A stretch of DNA of 64,000 nucleotides from Takakia lepidozioides (lineage: Eukaryota > Plantae > Bryophyta), in NCBI GenBank assembly GCA_030704615.1, contig CM060733.1, positions 76,198,001-76,262,000 of the forward strand. Direction: 5' to 3'. Shown here piece by piece: positions 25,707 to 38,357 of the stretch. The position numbers and the translations under genes are program-made. The notes under the pieces are model-generated. The model was not told the DNA's origin, searched no databases, and saw nothing but the letters and a program-made list of their open reading frames with translations. The stretch's first letter is position 1, and each line of letters opens with the position of its first letter.

Positions 25707-28538
25707 CAACCACTGGACGCGTCCTCTACCTCGAAGCCCACTAGACTTAAGGTTGCAGTTACGGAGGACAATTGGGAAACTGACATTGGACCCATTGTCA
25801 CCGGAGGAGAGAGACGACATATACGGCGGTTCCTGAGGGCTTACAGGAATTGCTTTGCCTTCTGTTTGAATGACTTGGGAGCACTGAAGAGTCAAGAGAT
25901 CCGTATTGAGTTGGCCACTGACACGCCAATCTTTCGGAGACCCTATAGATATAGTGACATGGAGAGGTCTTTGATTCAGCTGAGGACTCAAGATCTCTGG
26001 GAGGCAGGTTTGGTGGAGCTCTCTGGTGGAGAGTATGCTTCAGCCACAGTAATGCCAGCCAAGAAAAATGTCTATGGCAATTGGACGGAGAGACGTATGT
26101 GCGGTGATTACCGGCCTGTAAATCGTCAGACCAAGTCCGATAAGTATGCCATGCCAACACCAGAGGAGATCTTTGATGCCATCGGGCATGCTAAGGTCTT
26201 TAGCACTTTGGATTTACGATCTGGATATCACCAGTTGCCAATCAAGGAGGCGGACAAGCAGAAGACGACATTCTGGGGGATCAATGAGCACAGCAATGAT
26301 TGCCTATATCAGTGGCGGTTCTTACCATTTGGGCTTAAGAATGCTCCTGCAGAGTTTCAGAGAGTCATGGATAGGATTCTAGCATGGGTGGACTTTGCTC
26401 GGTGCTACATAGATGACATCATCATCTTTAATGTTATGATGGAGGAGCATGAGAGACACCTTCAGGTGGTATTGGAGCGCTTGAGAGCGCACGGATTGAA
26501 GTTCCCTGTCCTGAGACGACCTATCAGGGGGCGTCCCTTTCAGCTACATACGGATTGGAGCATGCTGGGGCTTGGAGCGGTGCTCACACAGGTGGATGAT
26601 GAGGGAAGAGAGTTCGTAGTGGCTTATGCTAGCCGCTCGAACAACGCTGCAGAGGCTTAGTACAGTTCATATGAGGGAGAGTGCTTAGCTGCAGTGTGGG
26701 CCGTGGCACACTTCAGGTGCTCTATATACGGCAATCTTTTCACCCTTATCACGGATCACCAGCCACTCAAGTGGTTGATGGAGTCAGACAAGCTTACGGG
26801 GAAGCTTGCACAGTGGGCACTTATACTCCAGGAGTATGACTTTCAGGTTGTGCATCGACCGGGTTTGGTCAATCGGGATGCGGATGGATTGAGTCGCAAT
26901 CCATGCATGAGCCAGCAGGATGACACTGGAGCTCGGTGGCATGGTGAGACGGACGAGGAGATGGTGCCGGGATGGCACGCATCTGCATTTTTGTGTATCT
27001 TGGCATCGGGAGGTCAGGTTGGACCTATAACAGGGATGAGTGTAGACGGAGTGTCTGAGGACCCTGAGGCTAGTGATGAGCTAGGTGGTGCCAGAGATAT
27101 ACATGAGGATTCGGCTGTGTTGGACTACCTCAGCACGGGAGACACGGCAGCCATTGTGACTGCCAGGTAGAGGGATCGGATCCTACAACAAGCCAAAAGG
27201 TTCAAGTGGGAGGGAATACACCTACTTCGAGTATGGAAGGATGGTCGGGTGAGGATTGTGCCTCACCCCACACAGCGTGCACGGTTAGTGCGGCATGCCC
27301 ATGAGGAGTTGGGGCATTTTGGAGTGCGACGCACTCACAGTTTACTGCAAGGGCAATATTGGTGGCGTGGTATGCATACAAAGGTGCAACAGTTCGTGGC
27401 TAGGTGCATGGTGTGTGACAGGGTGCGTGCTTCATTCAACGCCCCTACACCACAGTTGCATCCTTTACCAATCATGGGATTGGCTACAGGTGGAGTCTTG
27501 ACTTCGCAGGACCGTTGCCACTAACTATGCGCCACCACAGATTTGTGTTGGTGATGGTGGAGCACTTCTCCAAGTGGATTGAGTTAGTTCCATTGCCTGA
27601 CAAGGCTAGTGAGGGGGCTGCGTATGCATTCTTGGATCGTGTGCTTAGCCAATTTGGTGCTCCAGCTGAGGTACTCACGGACCAAGGGAGAGAGTTCTTG
27701 GGGGAGTTTCAGGCTTTGTGTGATAAAGCCTTGATAGACCACTGCACCACTTCTCGGGATCATCCTGAGGCCGATGGCTTAGCAGAGAGAGTTGTTCAGA
27801 CGGTGAAGAGGGTTTGCGCAAGTATGGCTTGCAGAAGGGACACCTAGGAGATTGGGATCTTCAAGTTCCTTGGTTAGCCATGGGCTACAGGTTCAGCAAA
27901 CAAGCATCACTTGCCTCCTTCTCACCATATTTCCTTCTCTTTGGCCGAGAGCCGGATTTGCCTGCAGCCATTCATAGGGACACTGCTCAAGTCCTTAACC
28001 TTGACGATCCGGATGTGTGGGTACGTGCATGTGATCAGCGTGCAGAGTTGTTCAAGAAAGTCATGCCATGGCTTTTGAGAACCTTGCCATTGCACAGCAC
28101 CGTGATACGTTGAGGTATGCCACTATACGTGGTGGAGGGTATCGTCCTGGGGTTCGGAGGTTTAGCCCTGGTGACTATGTTTATTTGCAGCAGACTGCTC
28201 CTACGACTCTGGATGTTACTGCAGGGCGTGTTATTCTGAGGGTTCGAGAGGTGTTGCCCTCAGGGGTCCTGATCTTGGAGGGTCGGGATGGCATGACTTG
28301 GAAGGACCATGTGCGTAATTGTGCGCCATGTCACCTTTCCAATGTCGATGGCAGAGTTGACCCAAACTTGGCAGTGGTACCTGCAGGTTTGAGGTGCATG
28401 CTCTGTGGGTCTGCCAAAGGGGCAGCCACCATGCTGGTGTGTGATCGATGCTCAAGGGGTTGGCATATGGGATGCTTGACACCACCTCTTGAGAAAGTTC
28501 CTGACGGAGATTGGTTGTGTCCACACTGCTCGAGATAG
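25707..28538 (+). pseudogene. Copy 2 RT-RNaseH-integrase-PHD, disrupted, ~300-bp deletion at ~26503
   Basis: Same motifs as copy 1; PHD at 28395-28529; lacks copy 1 ~3686-3985. Confidence 0.92.
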
Positions 28539-28798
28539 TGGCAGTGGACATGACTGGAGGCAGCTAACAAGACATGGGAGGCCAAGCTCATAGGAGTCAA
28601 TACATGAGATCCCAAGCTCAAGTTCACAGGTTGCAAGACGGCGACTAACGATGGGGGAACTCTTGCACCCGGCCTCTTGATCTATCGAGTTTGAGTGTAG
28701 TAGGGATAGTGGTGGAGGACTTAGTGAGGCTATGGTCACTATCACATCTTGTGGCTACCTAGACTTAGAGGGACCTAAGCACCAGCTAGGGGGGCGAT

Positions 28799-29459
28799 TG
28801 TGTGGACTAGTGACTGCCATAGTGGGCAGCATAGTGGCAGCCTAGTGACTGACTAGTTGTAGCCTAGTGGTTGGACTAGTGGTGGACTAGTGGTATACTA
28901 GTGTGTGGTATGCACATGTGTTGTGTGGTTTTGGACAGCGATGTAGTTGTGTAGCGACATGTATGCGCACGACAGCTGTCAAGTTATTTTACCTCTAGTG
29001 TGAAACTAGCTAGGAAATAGCTAGCTTTTACATATTGACATTTGGGATTGGCCCAAGTGTCAATCCAGGGGTCAAGGCAGATTTAGGCCCTGGAGTGGTT
29101 ATCTTCACGGCAAGCGCGGGAGGCTCATCTTTCTCGAGTTGAGCCTCACCGCGCCTAGCTATGGCGCCGTAGTGTGGATTCCCCATGGCGTGGGGTGCAC
29201 TTGGCTTGACTTGTATTTGAGTGATGAGGTTATATATGCATGAGTTTATGCTTCAGATTTGTGAGCTCGTGCTTGTATTCTTCTTCTTTATCATTGTGTG
29301 GACTAGTGACTGCCATAGTGGGCAGCATAGTGGCAGCCTAGTGACTGACTAGTTGTAGCCTAGTGGTTGGACTAGTGGTATACTAGTGTGTGGTGTGCAC
29401 ATGTGTTGTGTGGTTTTGGACAGCGATGTAGTTGTGTAGCGATATGTATGCGCACGACA
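28799..29459 (+). repeat. Split terminal repeats B1 (28799-28974) - GC - A2 (28977-29293) - T - B2 (29295-29459)
   Basis: PPT at 28784-28797; palindrome GACAGCTGTC at 28971-28980; B1 and B2 differ by an 11-bp indel and few substitutions. Confidence 0.95.
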
Positions 29460-30028
29460 ATGGAAAGCTTCACGTTTTCGTCGTCCACACCAATGCGAAT
29501 GTCCCCATACAATGGAGAAGAGGAGCACACTCCTTCAGGAGTATACGTCTCTCCGATGGAGTCCACCCACGTCCACTGGCAGCAGTTCCACCGCAACAGC
29601 ATAGCAGTGCGCATTCTTCTGCATGGGTGCCCGTCGTAGCTGGGAAAATCGGAATCAATGATGCGCAGGAGCCACGGACTCCTCAGACCAAGATCGTCAC
29701 CCTGCTCGAAGGCGTAGTGGCCTGGGATATACTCAAAAGCGGACAATGTTTCCACATTCGAACCAGTATCTTCTGTGTAATCTGTGTACCAGATAACGAT
29801 GTCTCCCGATGTTGCCGAATACATTGCATAATCGAAGCCTCCATAAGGGCAGTCGTCCCGGTTCCGGAAGCACGACATCCTTGCAAAGGAGGACCTGAGG
29901 ACGTCTTTGATGCCGATGACAATGACCTTGCGGACAGCAACGAAGCCCTTAGATTTTTGAAATGATGAGAAGCGGAAGAGCAGTGCGGGCTCCAATAATG
30001 GAGCATCTAGGTCCCACGTACCCACCAA
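29460..30028 (-). pseudogene. Unknown gene U1, main part (interrupted by Family 1 copy 2)
   Basis: Open frame homologous to 30370-30967 (DCPY..DYAM, W.CC.WT, YGDIR). Confidence 0.8.
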
Positions 30029-30113
30029 TCATCGTGTAACGTGTTCATCACGCCAGCGGTGGATGAACCGATACCTCTTTCTCATCCACGGGGTATAGTT
30101 TGAAATCTGCCAC

Positions 30114-30176
30114 CGAAGTCCATCCCCCGGATGGAAATTCGGCGCCGCATTTACATCGAAGGGGGGATGGACTTCG
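30114..30176. promoter_or_regulatory. 63-bp inverted repeat between divergent paralogues U1 and U2
   Basis: 15-bp perfect arms CGAAGTCCATCCCCC / GGGGGATGGACTTCG enclosing AAATTCGGCGCCGCATTT, the array-1 palindrome. Confidence 0.6.
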
Positions 30177-30369
30177 TCGTCTTGAGTGGCTATAGGACCA
30201 CCTGGCACTTACTGCCCATAGTTTGCATGGCAGGGAAGGAAACTGAAACGGCTACATTCATGGAGTAGCCAATCTTCATCCGTGCAGGTTCCTGTAGGGG
30301 GGAAATTTAAATGTGCCCTGGAGTGTTTGTGAGGAATTGCAGCGTTTGCTTGAACTTCTTCCAACCACC

Positions 30370-30967
30370 GCGCTGCTCTTTTTCAAGGATGTCGTGCCGT
30401 TGAAATCCTGCTGACTGCCCTTATCATGGCCACGATTATGCTATGTTCAAACCAGAATCAGGAGACATCATTGTCTAGCTCTCTGTTTTCACAGACGCTT
30501 CTGGAATCAAGCGGGAGTCTTTGCGCGCAATGGAGTATTTGGAGGGCTACTACCGCTTTGAGCGAGGTGAGGGCGAGGGTCAATGCGGTCCGTGGGTCTT
30601 GAACATTGTTGACCTCGATATACCAAGGTGGAATGGGATGCCGGACAGATCACGCACGGCCTCACTTTGGCACTGGGACTGCTGCAAGTGGACCAGGGAG
30701 GACGACACCGGGGAAAACTATATTCGTGGAGTTCACTCCGCTCTTCCAGTGTATGGAGACATTCGGCTGAGTTGCGAAGACGAATCGCACGGGCACATGA
30801 GGCCCACAGTGACCTTGTCAATGTATGATGGTGGTATGATTGATGGGCATGACATTGTTGTCAGCTCCACCAAGGGCACCAGATCGACCGCATTGCAGTT
30901 TACCTGGAGGTGCCACATCAGTAATGAGCTTGTTTTGAGGGCTATCGAAGTTCCGTCGACTTGGTGA
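30370..30967 (+). pseudogene. Unknown gene U2, paralogue of U1
   Basis: ORF 30521-30967 plus upstream in-frame homology through two stops. Confidence 0.75.
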
Positions 30968-31243
30968 CGCCCATGTAGAAGGAGGAAGGGCTTAGATTTG
31001 TCTGGAGTTGCTAAATGTGAGACACCGTGTTCGATCAATAAAACAACCCATCGTACCTCCCTTCTGTGTGCTTGTGTTTCATCGTGTTCAAGAACTGCCG
31101 TAATTGGCCCACTGTTTACAATTTGTGGTCTCATTTCTACAATGTGTCTGTCCATATGAATATACCAGAGTCAGCGATATCAGAGTCCTGAGGTGAAGGA
31201 AATCCATATGTGAGTAAAAGGAAACATGTACACGCCGAAGCTC

Positions 31244-31885
31244 GGAAATTCGGCACCACATTTCATTTTTCTCCATGCAGCGATTTATGGCAGCTCCCTT
31301 TCCTCCGTTGTCGTCGTAACGGAAATGCTGTACAACATTTCATTTCCTGACATGGCATTACCATACTTCGAATTGGAAATGCGGCACCGTATTTCCATGT
31401 CCATCATCAAAATTTCGTACCGGACAATGAAATGCGGCACCGCATTTCCGGAGAGCACAATGGAATGCGGTGCCGCATTTCCGTCGAAGGGTCTGGAATT
31501 GGACAAACAACGATGTCCGTTCTGGAAATGCGGCACCGCATTTCCATGTCCGTCATCAAAATTTCGTATTGGACAATGGAATGCGGTGCCGCATTTCCAT
31601 CCAACAAGACGGAATGCCCACACGGGTCTGGAATTGGACAAACAACGATGTCTATTTTTGGAAATGCTGCGCCGCATTTCCATGTTTGGCAATCGAAAGT
31701 TTTTATAGGACAATGTAATGCGGTGCCGCATTTCCGTCCAGCACGATGGAATACGGTGCCGCATTTCCGTCAAAGGGTCTGGAATTGGACAAACAACGAT
31801 GTCCGTTTTGGACATGCGGCGCCGCATTTCCATGTATGTCATCGAAATTTCTTATTGGACAATGGAATGCGGTGCCACATTCCCG
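31244..31885. repeat. Palindrome array 1: ~12 copies of GGAAATGCGG-ca/tg-CCGCATTTCC
   Basis: ~22-bp hairpin repeated in ~140-150-bp higher-order units containing TTGGACAAACAACGATGTC. Confidence 0.9.
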
Positions 31886-32346
31886 TCCAGCGTAGCTACG
31901 GCGTGAGCCCAGCCCCGTGAGCTTGGGAGCTGAGCTCACGTTGTAGCTGCAAAGCGTGAGCGGCACAAATCTGCTGGAGAAGCAGGTCCTATAGGCGAGG
32001 ATTGCAAGAAGAGGGCCTATTACCGTGGACAAAACAAAGGGGGCCACCATGCACCATGTCTGCAATGCCTGCACAAAAAGAGGAATATGAAAATATGGCT
32101 GAATTGAGCTCAGAATGATTGACACACTTTATTTCAATTCACAGATAGACGCTTACAATGAATGGCATGTGCATTTGCCCTGGTTCCGTGAACGAAATGT
32201 ATGTGTTTGTCCTAAATGCAAAGTCTTCACACGGTAACCTGGAAACCAGCATGGGAAGCGGGCATGGCTCGTATGTGTTCAAAGAGAATTTGGCGGAGCC
32301 CTACGTGAGGTGTCCCGCTGCAGAAGGGTGATGACTTCTCCGTAGC

Positions 32347-34608
32347 CTAGTGTGGCTTGGTGAATGAATTGGTCTCTTTACCGTCGCAACACATAATTAC
32401 AAGGTATATGTAATATTGATGCTTGCAGGGGACCCACTTCCCTCTCATGCCGAGAGCGCCCTCACGCATCGTTACAAAATCCGGACAAGTGCAAGTAGGG
32501 AAATTCCCCACGGTAACCTGATATTCTTTGCCATGAAGAACTGAGCCAATAGACAGCACTGTGTAAATCCGTCCATACCCCGGGGCAGGGACTTCGGTGA
32601 TACGAGCCAACCGAGCCTGCAAAATTCTAGCCGATTCCATCTTGCATTCGTGATTTGCACCCGAAGCGACACGGCGCACTGTTTTTCCATCTCTTTTTGT
32701 TGGGTGGGAGTCGGCACCGGGTGGAGGCATTGCCGGAGCTTGTGGCACATCTGTGCCGACAGTGCACAAGGGCACCACTCGGGATCGTGCAAGACAAAAC
32801 CCTCCCTCCTCCAGCATGCTTATCTTGGTTGTTGACAGCGACGTCCCAAGTTTCACAGGCCAAATTGCGGGGGGAGGGGGTTTCATTATCACCGAAGGAC
32901 AAACTGTTCCCTTGACGCATCGTGCCATATCGTCTGGGCAGAACCAGAACTTGTGGTCCTTTGACTCCCCATTATAATAAGGTCGGAACAACCATGTGAA
33001 TGTTGGAGCTGGAGTCCCCCTGGAGCCTTTGCATATTTTTGATTTGCATTTCTTGAAAGAGGGGGTCTGAATTGCCATGCAAGCAACTCTAGATCCTGGT
33101 GGGGTGCGTTCTATATGCCACTCACTATCAATGCAATCAGATTCCTGCACCATGGCCACCACCTCCTCCAATGGGATTCCTGCTGCTGTGCTTGCATGTT
33201 CTGCACCTGCTCCACATGAGGAGGACCCACCTGGGAAGGGGCCGGCACACGACTTAGTCTGCACTGGAGACTCCTTTGGAACAGAGAAATTGACCCTGTC
33301 TGGGCGATGGGAATCTCCATCTGACCCTGGAAGAGTGTTCAATTTCCTTTTGCATGATCCAAATCTTTCCTCGCCTTCCAAATGAGGGAGCCTGGATTGC
33401 AAAGGGAGCCTTCAGTGCACCTGTTCAGAGCTCTGGCCATCTTGGATGGGTCTCCGGACCTACTCGCAACCCTTAGCATCAACAAAGTCGTACCGGGGCC
33501 CTTGCCTCCACCCCGTCCCATCAGAAAATTGCGGTATCTGGTTTGTTGTGTAAGTGCCCGCACCATGTCATCAGCAGTGGCCACATACAAGTCACGACCT
33601 GCTTTGGTAGATTGCTGCATCCAGGCGTTATGAACAGTCTCCGCCAAATTACAGGATGACATGTCGGCCAAGTCCTCCAAGGACATGTCCTGCAGGAGGC
33701 ATTGCATGGAAATGTGAGGAAGGAAAGGAAATGGAAGAGGTTCTGCAAGCGACAATCCAAGAACCCAAATGAAGAGGCACGATGCAAAATTTCTGATTTT
33801 GGGATTCAAGAGGCTTACCGTCGTCATGAAAGCTCCCCACTGTCTGTATTTGAAGTGCCAGAAAACCAACCAGTCCTCCAACTCCTTCAGGTGGATACCA
33901 GTAGCAGCACTAGAGGAGAACCACCAAGCCCGGATTGCTTGGTAAGTGCTCTCAGCTTCTCCCATTGAGTTGGCATTTTTGTACTTGAGACAGAGCCTTC
34001 TGTGCTCCAACTGAAGGTCAGGGCGAATGCAGCACTTTGTATGACGTGCCAGAGATTGACTCCAATGGAAGAGGCATGTGCGCTCCCTATTTTCCATTGG
34101 GACCTTAGGATCCCCCGAACCAAACACGCGCCGCACTGCATTGAAATTTGCCTGTGCACTATCAACCATGAAGCCCACAAAATTTGTGTTCTGTATTCCA
34201 TTGCGCTGCATGACGGCCAGGAGCGAATTCCACATGAGCATCTGGGATTCAGTGTCCTCCAACTGCATATCACAAATTGCTATTGAGAGCACACGCTGGT
34301 ACGCTGGATCATACACATGGCACGCCATGGTTGTCCAACCCTTCACCCGTTTGCAGTGATCAAACATCAACCAACATTTAGCCAAATCTCCTCTAGGTTG
34401 CATTCGGCGGACAATGCTCACACCACTGCCTTTGCCCACTGCGGACATCTTGAACAAACACACCTTGGATGAGCCCTGGCCAGGGAAGATACTGTTTTGA
34501 ATGAATTCATAGCGACTTCTCCGTTTGAGGTCCATAATGTTGTCCATGAATCCAGCAGTGCCTGTGCCGACTCTGAGTGCATTCACCTGGTTTCGAATAT
34601 TGGGAGAG
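32347..34608 (-). pseudogene. MULE-type transposase: DDE core and SWIM zinc finger
   Basis: WLMFDH...FMVDSAQA...CLFHW...CNLAETVHN. In-frame GT-AG intron 33818-33690. SWIM CTCPDF...CKH. Frameshift ~33400. Confidence 0.85.
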
Positions 34609-36719
34609 TGTAGTGTGAATGCAGGGGAGTGAACATTACATTTTGTTTACCATTACGACCTGCATCACTATGACGGGAGTGCCCGTCATCCCAACTGCAA
34701 AAAGGATGTATCCCTTCATGTAGGTAATTTCATGAGCGCACTGAGCTTATGCTTTGCCAGGAGAAAAATGGCTAAGTCATGATGGTACATATTTTCATCC
34801 ATGCGATGAACGTTTTCATCACTGGTTCTTGACCTAAAGGATCGCGGGTTGAGAAAAACAAAGAGGAAGATGACGGATGGCTCGTAGCAGCTGTTGCAAG
34901 CAGTGGTGTCGGCAGGGCAGCCTGTGTTAGGAGGTTGTACCTGCGTTGTGGGATCTTGCTTGGCTTAGGAAGCAGCATTAAGACGCCTCTGCTTGGTATT
35001 CTGTGTAGAAAGAAGCGGTGCCGCCTCTCTCGTAGTGATGATCAATTCCAGGAGATAGAAGCATGTGAGGAGAGCGGCGCACCACCACTGCCGCCAGTGC
35101 CTTGAAGATGACAGTTATGGGCAGATGAGCAAGCAAGGAAAAGGCCAGCTGCTGAAAGCACAGGGAAGAGAGTCTGGGCACAATCAATGGGGGGGAGGTA
35201 AAGCATGTGGAGTGCTGGCTGTATGGTATCTCAGGTTCTCTGTCATCAAGCTTCTAGCTGCTTTGTGTCTCCTTGTTATAGGACCAGGCCAATTCGTGAG
35301 GAAGAATTGCATAGCGTAATCTAGTTGTCAGGCCACGGGATGGTCCAAGTGAAGAAGGGGAGCCATCATGGCATCATAAGGTCTGGAATCAAGACAAAGA
35401 GAAAGGGTTGAAGTGGCTGCTGACGGGCGATGGCAAGGTGCCACCTTGACAGGCAGACCCGCCGCTTCACTAGAGGATAAAAACAGATAAGTCTATGGAC
35501 AGTGGCCTTTTTTTGGTGCAACTTAGAAATTGCTTTGGTAGATTTAGGACTGCCATCTTGGCAGAAGAGAAAAGGTGGAGACATGTGACAAGAAAAAGTT
35601 TTTGAGATTGGAATGGAGACTCTGGACTTCAAACCAGAACGTGGAAAGGATGGATGCACCTGATGTTGTGATGACAGTGAGAGAAATGAGTGAAGAGAGA
35701 GAGAGAAAGAGAGAGTCTGTTTGTTACTGAATTCAGAATGGTCACTGTTGTCTTCATTCTTGCATTCTGATTCAGTGTCATAAACCTGGACACCATGCTG
35801 CCGTGTGTAGTGATACACTGGAACCAATGTAGATCTGGCTTGTTTGTTTGGAGAGATCAATGATGGTTAGTTGAAGTCTGACAAAAGGGATGAGAGCTGT
35901 TTGAGCGATGGGTTCTTGGAAAAAGGGACAAGAGAGAGAGAAAGAGAGAGAGACTGATGGATGGGATGGTTGTGTCTTGAGAGACCGAGGATGATTTCAA
36001 GGCTGGCTGCACTGGATGCCTAGCAGAGTGTGCATTTGCATTACATGACAGATCTGCTGCTGTGAAGTAGTGGGGAACCTGGGGACATAGACAGAGATAG
36101 AGAAACAGACAAAAAGGGGAAAAGAAAGAGAGAGAGTGAAAAAGGGGATTTGGGTAAGGAGAGAGCTGCAAATCAAAAGGGCTGATGGGGGGGTTGGCCA
36201 ATTTGGGGAGATGAGATGAAGAAAACCTGAAACCTGAAAGAAACCAGTGCCTTTGCAGACCATGAAGATCTGAGCTGCCTCCTCCTAAAGCTGTGTCACC
36301 ACTACAAAAAGGGGATTTCGGACCTGTCACTGCTCAAGTGGGCTTCACATAAAGGATCGTGTTTACCGCTGCCATTGGGCTGATTGCATCACAGAAAATA
36401 TCGTGCTAACATTGTTGGCACCATGATCATAGGGCCAGGCTGTTGAATAGAAGTAGAACCGAGAGCAAGAACAATTCAAGACTCCCCATCCATGTCTTCT
36501 CTTCCGCTGCGGCGTGGATGAGGATTCCGTGAACTCTGATCACGAACGTAACTGAGGGAAAACCCATATAACCATGTGAAGATGGTTGGATAGGAAAAGA
36601 ACGCTCCTCTCCCTTGCCTGGACAATCAGCTGGAAAGGGGGGGGAAGGAATAGAGGGGAGTACCACGGATTTTAGGATTAACCAGAAGGGGATTCACGCC
36701 CCTTCTTTTTCACACTACA
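34609..36719. mobile_element. 2.1-kb non-coding insertion with TGT...ACA inverted termini and 4-bp TSD (non-autonomous TIR element or solo LTR)
   Basis: Both ends read TGTAGTGTGAA...GGGG.GTGAA inward. TSD AGAG at 34605-34608 and 36720-36723. Removal restores the transposase frame (HFSVLSS-PNIRNQVN). Confidence 0.88.
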
Positions 36720-37955
36720 AGAGCTCAACACGGAGAAATGGTCCATCACTGCATCAAGCGAATCTGCATCCAGCATTGGTTGTGTCGAATCCCCTTCACC
36801 CAATATGTGTTTTTCCAGGAAAGCCTTGCTAGCTGCAAGCGCTATAGCAGAAGGTGTTGCACAAGGGGCATTGTGGAACTCCTGCTTCAGCAGTTTTCTA
36901 GCGATGTCCACGCTATCCCTGCAACTTCCTTTGGACACAGGATGCTCGTGTGCACCCATATGAATGCAGGCACGAGTCATTGTCTTGCATCGGTGTGCCA
37001 CCTGGTACATACGAGCGTGGCACACAGAAACACAGGACGGGGAATGTTTGCAGAACCTGCACACAAAAGTATTGGTCTTGGGAGGGGCAAGTCCTGGGGT
37101 GAAAGGATTCAGGGGCACACCTTCCCACTCACTTTTGTTTGGTTGAGCGTTGTTTCTCAGGCGAGGGCAAGATATATTCAGGCACTTGCAATGCCCAACG
37201 CAAACCGACCTTCGAAATTTCAATCCAATGTCGTTGTGGATGTTTGACGTTTTTGTCCTGCACCAAGGGTGTCCATCATGTTTCTTGTCCATGCCCTGCA
37301 GAAGCCCAGCCAGTCCATTGGAAGACGTGGGAGGGTTGAGCTCAAACAAGATGTCCCCATCAAACTCTGCTGGCACGTATTGAACCCGCTGCACACGAAG
37401 GGACTCCCAATCAACAAAACGCAGCTCGCTCTTGCACCCAGGCACCCCTGCGAGGGGTTTCAATTTTGGAATGATACTCGTTATCTCTTGCAATTCGGAT
37501 TCATCCAAGAATGGAGTCTGCACTGGCGGAGGAATCTCAGAAACATCCTCCGAGGACGAGTCTGAAAGAGTCACGAATGTAGTGGATGTGCTCACCTTTT
37601 GTTTCACATGAACTGTGCCATTTTGCTGCACGACCGATGCTGCAGTTCCAGAGGTAATGATTGATCCTGCTGATTCTCTTCTCTCTTTTCCAAGGACACG
37701 GTATGTGCCTGGAATGACTCTCCACTTCCTTCCACACTCGCCAACCAATGGTTTCTCCAAATGTCCAGAATCCAAATTCCCATCCTCGTCATACACCTCT
37801 TTTTGAACAAGAAGAGAACCCAATTCCAGCGGGAACATTGTAACCAGCTCATCCTCATGAACAACTGCAAACCCATCGTCGTCTGCAGTGGCAGTCAGTG
37901 AAAGACTACCTGCATTGGAATGAAATCGGGCTAGTCTATCTCTCTCCCTGGACAT
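36720..37955 (-). pseudogene. MULE-type transposase N-terminal part with WRKY/GCM1-like Zn motif
   Basis: Cys/His pattern CVGHCKC...C...CRFC...CHAR...HMGAHEHP; joins 34608 in frame. Confidence 0.8.
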
Positions 37956-38357
37956 GTTTTCCTACGCTGACCGAAACTTTCGATTCACAACGGAATCCCC
38001 GAACGATAGCCCGCAATTCTCGAAAGGGGATCCACCACAAAAAAATCGAGGTCAACAAGGGTAGCACTAACCCAAAGGCTGCGGGCGATGCATCAAAAGG
38101 ATGCAGGAATGACATGCACTGAACTTCGCAGACAACCACGCTGAGAGACACCAACTAGAAAAACTGTTTTCAAATATAGGAAGCCACAATAAGCCGTGCT
38201 GTTTTTGGATGAAAAACAAACCTTGAACATGATATGAAACCATCCATTATGGAAAGACGGCAACAACCCTGGAGAGCAGTAAACAGGAAGACCCCGAATG
38301 TAATGAGGTTGTGCCGTGCCAGAAGAGCACAGCACAAACACTAACACTCCAAGAGTC

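Larger units (their letters stand above)
18042..29459 (+). mobile_element. Family 1 copy 2, complete element (11.4 kb)
   Basis: Termini TGTCAAG...CACGACA. TSD ATGG at 18038-18041 and 29460-29463. Removal restores the U1 reading frame. Confidence 0.97.

Noticed and set aside
18042-29459. DIRS/Ngaro/PAT tyrosine-recombinase element
   Set aside because: It has split repeats but encodes a protease and DDE integrase, shows no recombinase, and has a TSD.
28799-29459. B-A-B end as an accidental tandem insertion or assembly duplication
   Set aside because: The same architecture occurs in two divergent copies, and the TSD plus restored gene frame fix the ends.
31226-31920. Repetitive ORFs over array 1 (also over array 2 and the GCTGTG tracts)
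   Set aside because: By-products of tandem repeats, open in several frames on both strands.
35806-36305. Nested mini-element with TGTAGTG...CACTACA ends
   Set aside because: No target-site duplication, and the match is short.
36300-36722. CACTA transposon termini (CACTACAA at 36300 and 36713)
   Set aside because: The orientation is wrong for the insertion and there is no 3-bp TSD; the TGT...ACA ends with AGAG TSD explain 36713.
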